A DNA stretch of 64,000 nucleotides from an uncultured bacterium (lineage in GTDB: Bacteria; Zixibacteria; MSB-5A5; JAABVY01; JAHJOQ01): positions 11,480-75,479 of the forward strand of contig CBDUQR010000009.1 of NCBI GenBank assembly GCA_965369655.1. The letters run 5' to 3'. The translations under genes were made by a program, and so were the position numbers. This document shows, piece after piece, positions 57,818 to 64,000 of the stretch (positions are counted from its first letter, which is position 1; each line of letters opens with the position of its first letter). The notes under the pieces are model-generated. The model saw only the letters and a program-made list of their open reading frames with translations, was not told where the DNA came from and searched no databases.

Positions 57818-58082
57818 GGTTTCCACACTGTCAAACTGCTGAATCTATATACAATCAAATGCCATGCCGACTGAAAAAGCGGCGAGCGGCGAAGGCCTGC
57901 TCAGTGTTAGGCATGTAGTTACAAATTGAGGTAACACTATTATACTAATGTGTTCCGCTCTGGGACGCAAGAAGATTCATATTACTTCTTGCAGAATTCA
58001 CATATTATCAGATAAGACAAGCATCGTTTTGCACTTGACCCAGCAATATTGACAGCTAAATTGCCGCGAGAATGGAGGCAGT

Positions 58083-58496
58083 ATGAAATCACACACAGAA
58101 TATCTCTGGTTCAACACGAAGAATCGACGGGAGTATATCAACATTACCGACAAGGTTGAGGATGCTCTCGCCAAATCTGGCATCCGGGAAGGTCTGGCAT
58201 TTGTCGGAGCTATGCATATAACAGCTGCGGTGTATATCAACGACGCCGAATCGGGACTCATCGAGGATATCGATGAATGGCTCGATGGTCTCGCGCCTTA
58301 CGGCAAGGACTACCGACATCATCGGACCGGCGAGGACAACGGTGATGCGCATCTGAAAAACCTGTTGATCCACAATCAGGTATTGATTCCGGTCACTGAC
58401 GGCAAACTCGATTTCGGACCGTGGCAGCAAGTATACTATGCGGAATTCGACGGTCGCAGGCGCAAGAGAGCGATAATCAAGATTATTGGGGAGTAA
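58083..58496 (+). CDS. yjbQ: YjbQ/UPF0047 family protein
   Basis: [46 protein letters not shown]. Confidence 0.92.
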   Translation: MKSHTEYLWFNTKNRREYINITDKVEDALAKSGIREGLAFVGAMHITAAVYINDAESGLIEDIDEWLDGLAPYGKDYRHHRTGEDNGDAHLKNLLIHNQVLIPVTDGKLDFGPWQQVYYAEFDGRRRKRAIIKIIGE

Positions 58497-58501
58497 GTAC
58501 A

Positions 58502-60001
58502 TTGACGCACTTCCAGCGATTGATCGCATTCCTGTCATCTTTTGCGAGAGACTCGGTGCTGCTTCGAGTTTCAGAGGCGAGCCGTTATCTGTACAATGAG
58601 AATCAGACGATATTGGATGTGGACTCGAAACCAGTATCGAAGCATTGTCTCAGACTCATTGCGGAGCTTTTGCTATTGAAGTGTAAGACGGAAGCCTTTA
58701 AGTTGTTCACGTTGGATGACTTGGCACAAGCCGCCAACATACTGAGTAAAGTTGACGATGATATGGCTGTAGATATGCAGAGAGCATATGGAAAGGATGC
58801 AGATCGGCTGATTGTATACAATGTGGCCAGATTGCAATTCCCTTCTCAGCATCAGTTTAGGTATGTGTTGCCGCGAATGAAATTGATGTACAGCGAGCTT
58901 TCGGGCAGGATGACCGGGGGAGATGATCTTATCGATGAAGCGTTCCGCGGTGCATTCGGAGTGTCTCAACAGGAGTTTCTTGACTGCTTCTTTGTGTTGT
59001 CAACGATATTGGCTCAGAGAGTACCATTTCGATTCAGCAAGGGTATGTTACGACAAATAGTGCCAGCACCGATTACTGGGACAATAGAAACCTTGATCAA
59101 TAACATCGCTGTCCCTCTGAGTGATTGCGCTAACGAAGCTGCAAATGATGATTCACTGCATGATTGGGAGTTCATATACAAGAGCACATTGCTCGTGGAT
59201 CATCCAATCATCATTGATGATGAGGGTGCTTACATGTGTCCTGATATTAACGCGCTTGCAGTAGGGTTGGTGCACGGTCTGCATTCCCGTATCTTCAAGA
59301 GCTTCCCCGATGCTACCAAGAGGCAAGAATTCGGAAATCGCTTTGGGGACGTCTTTCAATGGTATGTGGGAATTCAGTTAGGGCAGTACCTCAACAATCA
59401 GGGCGACCTGCACGAGGAATTCGACATAGGAACTGGTTGGAAGTCAATCGACTGGATCATGAAGCAGGGCTCGACTTGTATTCTGATCGAGTGCAAAAGC
59501 GGGAGAGACAAACTTCCAGGAGTAGCACGCCCGAAGAGGGTAGAGGATTTCTTGTCGAAGAGAGGTGGAATCGCGGACGGTCTAGCTAAATGCAAGAAGA
59601 CTGAGGACTATATCAGACGACTAAGTCGGATCGGCAGTAAGGCGATCAATCCACCTAAAGAATTTCGTTATGTGATTGTTTCGAATGAGTGCCCATATCT
59701 ACGAGAGGATGTTTATCCATATGTGATTGATGGACTATCAGATAACCATAGACTCACTATGACGCATTTCTTGACCTTAGACGAGATTGAGATGATTTCT
59801 CCGCTTTTGGCAAATAGGACGTTCACAGAGGTTCTCAGGGCTGTAGAAGAGAACAGGAGTTTGGTTCTCAACGATATCAGGGTTGTACTTCGTAAGTGCT
59901 TCGGCGAGGAATTTATAAATTCGCGGAATGATATGCTGGAGAGAGAGTTTGATAAGACATTCAAAAGTTCTGATTTCAACATGCGTGTTTTCGGAGAGTA
60001 G
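58502..60001 (+). CDS. Orphan AT-rich protein with C-terminal PD-(D/E)XK-like nuclease motif
   Basis: About 500-codon ORF; FGDVFQWYV...IDWIMKQGSTCILIECKS; start uncertain (TTG 58502). Confidence 0.6.
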   Translation: MTHFQRLIAFLSSFARDSVLLRVSEASRYLYNENQTILDVDSKPVSKHCLRLIAELLLLKCKTEAFKLFTLDDLAQAANILSKVDDDMAVDMQRAYGKDADRLIVYNVARLQFPSQHQFRYVLPRMKLMYSELSGRMTGGDDLIDEAFRGAFGVSQQEFLDCFFVLSTILAQRVPFRFSKGMLRQIVPAPITGTIETLINNIAVPLSDCANEAANDDSLHDWEFIYKSTLLVDHPIIIDDEGAYMCPDINALAVGLVHGLHSRIFKSFPDATKRQEFGNRFGDVFQWYVGIQLGQYLNNQGDLHEEFDIGTGWKSIDWIMKQGSTCILIECKSGRDKLPGVARPKRVEDFLSKRGGIADGLAKCKKTEDYIRRLSRIGSKAINPPKEFRYVIVSNECPYLREDVYPYVIDGLSDNHRLTMTHFLTLDEIEMISPLLANRTFTEVLRAVEENRSLVLNDIRVVLRKCFGEEFINSRNDMLEREFDKTFKSSDFNMRVFGE

Positions 60002-60072
60002 CTGTTATCAGCGGAACATGGGCAAACTATAAAAGGTGCGAACACAGTGAAACATGCTAACCGCATAGTTGT

Positions 60073-60100
60073 TTTACAAAATCGAGAGAACTGGTATAAT
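60073..60100 (+). promoter_or_regulatory. Sigma70-type extended -10 promoter for nadA
   Basis: TTTACA-N16-TATAAT with a TGn extension. Confidence 0.55.
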
Positions 60101-60125
60101 TTGTTATGATGTCGAGCAGGACAGT

Positions 60126-61217
60126 ATGGCAGTAACATTTAACATGATCCCCGATGAATATCGACTCGCGACCGATGACGATATGACATCGCGGATTCTT
60201 GCACGAAAGGCCGAACTCGGCGACAGGCTGGTGCTGCTTGCGCATCACTATCAGCGCAGGGAGATAGTGGCGCTCGGCGATCATGCGGGCGATTCTTATG
60301 CCCTCTCGAAAATCGCATCACAGCAGGATGCTGAGTATATTGTCTTTTGCGGGGTTCTTTTTATGGCTGAATCGGCGGAGATATTGTCTCAGCCGTATCA
60401 GAAAGTGTATCTGCCGAATCCGCTCGCTGGGTGTCCGATGGCGGACATGGCGCAAATCGGAAATGTTCTTTATGCGTGGGATGCACTGAACAAAGCTGTG
60501 CCTGATTCTAAAATTATCCCGATTTCATACATGAATTCCACCGCTGATCTCAAGGCGTTCTGCGGCAGGAATAATGGCGCCGTATGTACTTCATCGAATG
60601 CGGACAAAGCGTTCAGGTGGGCGTTCGATCGCGGCGAGAAAATTTTCTTCTTTCCGGATGAGCATCTTGGCACAAACACCGCAAATGCACTTGGCATTCC
60701 AAAGGACGAGCTTGCGATCTGGGATTACAGAGACCGGAAGCTCGGTGGAAACAGCATCTCGGACTTGAAGCGCGCCAGAGTCATCCTGTGGAAAGGATAC
60801 TGCCATGTCCATACTATGTTCAGGCCGGAGCATATCGAGGAAATGCGCAGAGAGCATCCTGATGTGCAGATCATAGTCCATCCGGAATGTCCGGAGGATG
60901 TCGTGCAGGCAGCCGATGCGAGCGGTTCCACAACATTCATCGTCGAGTATGTGACCAACGCGCCGCCCGGATCGAGCATTGCGATCGGCACGGAGGTGAA
61001 CCTTGTCGACCGGCTCGCGCACACGTTTCCTGACAAGAAAATATATGAACTCTCCGGTAACACCTGTGCGATGTGCGTGAACATGTATCGAACGACGCTC
61101 AACGATCTCGCATGGTGCCTGGAGAACCTTGACGCGATTCCAACCATCACAGTTCCCGACGATGTGATCGACAACGCACGAGTGGCATTGTCCAGAATGC
61201 TCGAAATCCAGGGTTGA
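60126..61217 (+). CDS. nadA: Quinolinate synthase
   Basis: [49 protein letters not shown]. Confidence 0.97.
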   Translation: MAVTFNMIPDEYRLATDDDMTSRILARKAELGDRLVLLAHHYQRREIVALGDHAGDSYALSKIASQQDAEYIVFCGVLFMAESAEILSQPYQKVYLPNPLAGCPMADMAQIGNVLYAWDALNKAVPDSKIIPISYMNSTADLKAFCGRNNGAVCTSSNADKAFRWAFDRGEKIFFFPDEHLGTNTANALGIPKDELAIWDYRDRKLGGNSISDLKRARVILWKGYCHVHTMFRPEHIEEMRREHPDVQIIVHPECPEDVVQAADASGSTTFIVEYVTNAPPGSSIAIGTEVNLVDRLAHTFPDKKIYELSGNTCAMCVNMYRTTLNDLAWCLENLDAIPTITVPDDVIDNARVALSRMLEIQG

Positions 61218-61261
61218 TGCTCAGCACTCGATTTGTATTCGAGTAGGGCAGTTGCCCCCGA

Positions 61262-61539
61262 CACCTGCTGATTCTCTGTTCCCATTTTTTTGTTTCACGA
61301 CACAATGAAGCAACATCAGGTATCCGTCGGTTCAGGCATTGCTTCGTTAACACACTCAGTTCGATCTCAGCGATGCTCAACCAACTACCATGTTTCGGCG
61401 TATAATGGACTTCCAGACGCTTTGACAGTTGCAACGCAACCGAAGGAGAAAACGCCTTGTACAACGACGCTGTTTTATGCGTGTTCAAATTATCGCATAC
61501 CAGAACAACTTTCTCCGCATCGGGATAATCTTTTTCCAA
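61262..61539 (-). pseudogene. IS630-family transposase C-terminal fragment
   Basis: [17 protein letters not shown]...[30 protein letters not shown]-terminal part absent. Confidence 0.85.
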
Positions 61540-61653
61540 TCCCTCAGGATCCCTTTCCCTCAGGATCCCCTTCCCTCAGGATCGGGATCGGCGACCGACG
61601 CGGATCGGGGTCCAGAAGGACGGGATCGGCGACCGACGGTCGCTCGCAATGAC
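61540..61653. repeat. Short tandem and direct repeats plus one arm of the GTCATTGCGAG element
   Basis: TCCCTCAGGATC x3 (16-bp period); CGGGATCGGCGACCGACG x2; CGGTCGCTCGCAATGAC is the reverse complement of 27472-27488. Confidence 0.75.
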
Positions 61654-61742
61654 GGCAAAATCCAACGGCAACTTGGAATATCATGTCAACAGCTTTCTCA
61701 ACAAGCCCCTTACATGCAATAGCTTATCCATGATTTCAGGGC

Positions 61743-61769
61743 TTTAGCAGTTGCGCGATCTGCCGATAA
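61743..61769 (+). promoter_or_regulatory. Possible sigma28 (FliA)-type promoter for motAB
   Basis: TTTA-N15-GCCGATAA (perfect -10 element). Confidence 0.55.
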
Positions 61770-61823
61770 CCTATCTTGAAGGGCGCATGCTGCGTCATTC
61801 GTGCAACGGGGATGGTCTATCCA

Positions 61824-62585
61824 ATGGATATTGCCACACTTGGCGGTCTCGTGATCGGCGTATCAGCCGTGATAATCGCATTTGTCATGGAGGGCGGCAA
61901 CCTAGGCATGGTCGTGCAGGCGCCGGCTATGCTGCTGGTACTCGTCGGCACTCTTGGCGCCGCAACGATAACGACGTCTTTCAGCACGGTCGCCAGGATT
62001 CCGACATTTTTGCGGATTGCTCTGTCGGGATCGAAAAATGATTCGATGACAATGATCAATGAGATCGTCAGGATGGCGGAGCGAGCTCGCAGGGAGGGAA
62101 TCCTTGGCCTGGAACAGCATCTTGACTCGATCCGCGATCCGTTCTTCATGAACGCCATACGCCTTGTGGTGGATGGAACCGAAGTGACATCGCTGCGGGA
62201 TATCCTCGAAACGGAGATGACATATATCACCGAGCGGCACAAAGCGGGCATTATGCTCTTCAGGAAACTCGGCGGCTTCTCGCCTACGTTGGGAATCATC
62301 GGTACTGTCCTGGGTCTGATTCATGCGCTGGCGAGCTCCGGTGACGCCTCGAAGATGGCATCCGCAATAGCTATCGCTTTCATTGCAACACTCTGGGGCA
62401 TCGGTATGGCAAATCTGTTCTACCTTCCCATCAGCGACAAACTTCGCCATCGACACGAGGAGGAGATGTTCAAGCTCCAGATGATCACCGACGGAGTCGT
62501 GGCGATACAATCCGGCGACAATCCGAGGATGATTCGTACGAAGCTGCTCTCGTTCATGAATTCCAGTATTCGCGGAGATTACTAA
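61824..62585 (+). CDS. motA: Flagellar stator protein MotA
   Basis: EGGNL..., ARREGILGLE, LVVDG, SPTLGIIGTVLGLI, AFIATLWG, IQSGDNPR. Confidence 0.93.
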   Translation: MDIATLGGLVIGVSAVIIAFVMEGGNLGMVVQAPAMLLVLVGTLGAATITTSFSTVARIPTFLRIALSGSKNDSMTMINEIVRMAERARREGILGLEQHLDSIRDPFFMNAIRLVVDGTEVTSLRDILETEMTYITERHKAGIMLFRKLGGFSPTLGIIGTVLGLIHALASSGDASKMASAIAIAFIATLWGIGMANLFYLPISDKLRHRHEEEMFKLQMITDGVVAIQSGDNPRMIRTKLLSFMNSSIRGDY

Positions 62586-62587
62586 AC

Positions 62588-63445
62588 TTGGCTTTCAAGA
62601 AAGAGATCGACGACCAGGAGAACTCCGAACGCTGGCTCCTGACCTACGCTGATCTTATCACGCTGCTGCTCGCGTTTTTCATAGTCATGTATTCCATGTC
62701 GCAGATCGACGCCAAGAAATTCGGCCAGATGAAAACCCAGCTATCGAGCGTATTGCGAGGGGGGAATACTATTTTCCCGCAGGGTCAGGACGTCGACAAT
62801 GATGGCTCCGGGCTGCTCAAAATTGGCGATCTCCACATGATTCAGAAACGCATCCGCGCGAAGTTCTCGCTTCAGGGCGACTATCGATTTATTCAGACTG
62901 GCGAAGGCCCAGGTCTGAATAGGAATATCGCCGATGCGGTCACGAGCGAGATTGGAGAGAGAGGGCTGACGATTCGGATCAAGGACTACGCGCTCTTTGA
63001 ATCCGGCAAGGCGAACCTGAGAGCCGAAGCGCTTGATGTGCTCGAAGCAATCGCGGATGAGGTCACCGCTTCCGGCAATCATATTTGCATTGAAGGACAT
63101 ACCGACAATCTTCCGATAAACACGCAGAAGTTCCCGTCCAATTGGGAGCTGTCAACCGCGCGGTCGACAAGTGTGCTGCGCTATCTTGTCGAGAAAAAGG
63201 GATTCAGTCCTGACAAGATCTCCGCGAGGGGTTTCGGTGAGTTCCGGCCTATTGCCTCGAATGCTACCGATGTTGGAAGGTCTCGGAATCGCAGGGTCGA
63301 TATTGTCCTCTTGTCCGACATACTCTCATCCGTAGAACCGCGACCGCAGGATCGGGTAGCAGAGAGTATCCCCGAAAACCTCCGGATTGATCGTGTCGAT
63401 ACTCTGGAGATCGCGACCGTGCCCGCTGACAGACTTGACCAATAG
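62588..63445 (+). CDS. motB: Flagellar stator protein MotB
   Basis: ERWLLTYADLITLLLAFFIVMYSMS; EGHTDN, SNWELSTAR, NRRVDI OmpA-like domain. Confidence 0.93.
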   Translation: MAFKKEIDDQENSERWLLTYADLITLLLAFFIVMYSMSQIDAKKFGQMKTQLSSVLRGGNTIFPQGQDVDNDGSGLLKIGDLHMIQKRIRAKFSLQGDYRFIQTGEGPGLNRNIADAVTSEIGERGLTIRIKDYALFESGKANLRAEALDVLEAIADEVTASGNHICIEGHTDNLPINTQKFPSNWELSTARSTSVLRYLVEKKGFSPDKISARGFGEFRPIASNATDVGRSRNRRVDIVLLSDILSSVEPRPQDRVAESIPENLRIDRVDTLEIATVPADRLDQ

Positions 63446-63512
63446 GTTACGTTATCAGAACCCGTAAAATGTCAGGATATCGGTATTGCGGCAGAAGAGC
63501 CTCAATACAAAA

Positions 63513-63543
63513 CAGAGGGCGCGCGATTTCCGCGCGCCCTCTG
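63513..63543. terminator. Hairpin terminator between convergent genes
   Basis: CAGAGGGCGCGCG-ATTTC-CGCGCGCCCTCTG; preceding AAAA gives a U-tract on the minus strand. Confidence 0.8.
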
Positions 63544-63563
63544 AAAATACGTCTGGATGATAA

Positions 63564-64000
63564 CTATTTCACCAGTATCATCTTCTTCGTCTCCGAGCCG
63601 TCATCGCTCTCAAATTTGTAGAAGTAGACGCCTGTAGGCACCAGCTTTCCGTCGCTGTCGACGCCTTCCCAGTATGCGGTGTGAGGTCCCACACCCATCG
63701 CTTCATCTACCAGAGTCTTCACTTTTTGTCCGAGACTGTTGAAGACAGTGATTGTCACGTGCGACTTTTTGTGCATCGTGTACTCGATGACTGTCGATGG
63801 GTTGAATGGATTCGGATGGTTCTGACTGAGAGTAAAGGATTTTGGTCTTGTCGGCTCGCCGTCAACCGGATCGGCTGGTGTACCTGAATCGAATCCGTAG
63901 TGGACAGGCAGGAAATACTCGAGCAAGAGTGTTGTTTGACCGTCGTCCCACATCTGGAACTGCACCGAATCGACAATGACTTCGCCCGATGTCACTGTGA
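63564..64000 (-). CDS. C-terminus of a secreted protein with FlgD-Ig/T9SS-like domain (partial)
   Basis: FTLSQNHPNPFNPST...GVYFYK..KKMILVK; frame runs to the window edge. Confidence 0.85.
   Translation of the reverse strand, partial: TVTSGEVIVDSVQFQMWDDGQTTLLLEYFLPVHYGFDSGTPADPVDGEPTRPKSFTLSQNHPNPFNPSTVIEYTMHKKSHVTITVFNSLGQKVKTLVDEAMGVGPHTAYWEGVDSDGKLVPTGVYFYKFESDDGSETKKMILVK

Noticed and set aside
61540-61640. Short direct repeats as a CRISPR array
   Set aside because: 16-bp tandem period with no spacers and only 2-3 copies.
61824-63445. motAB as a Zorya (ZorAB) defence system
   Set aside because: MotA is normal length with no long ZorA tail, canonical stator motifs are present, and there is no zorC/D/E.
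1-64000. tRNA, rRNA, prophage, integrase or retron/DGR genes
   Set aside because: None recognised by eye; a tRNAscan/Infernal run would be needed to exclude small RNAs formally.

Overview
Bacterial chromosome segment, mostly + strand, dominated by housekeeping and envelope genes: efp, rnhC, hsp20-dnaK-dnaJ, xseAB-ispA-nadK, lapAB, mutS-mutL-miaA, mltD, sppA, HU/IHF, a 31-aa bS22-like ribosomal protein missing from the ORF track, yjbQ, nadA and motAB. Five secreted proteins end in the 'L.QN.PNPFN...G.YFY' FlgD-Ig/T9SS-like domain and two carry dockerin-like repeats, which suggests an FCB-superphylum organism such as Zixibacteria (inference). The most distinctive signal is a REP-associated HUH tyrosine transposase (RAYT) surrounded by five non-canonical GTGYT-led hairpins whose stems vary by compensatory changes and which recur elsewhere in the window. 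At least three other palindromic families are present, including an inverted pair bracketing an AT-rich methyltransferase, a three-layer nested element after dnaK, and a 159-bp in-frame palindromic insertion with a 7-bp direct repeat inside a secreted protein gene. Also notable: a pseudo-kinase/kinase/HEAT/peptidase-Omp85/BamB-like cluster, an orphan AT-rich PD-(D/E)XK protein, an Arg-type EF-P, and IS630 and CBS-domain remnants. All calls come from reading the sequence; no searches were run.
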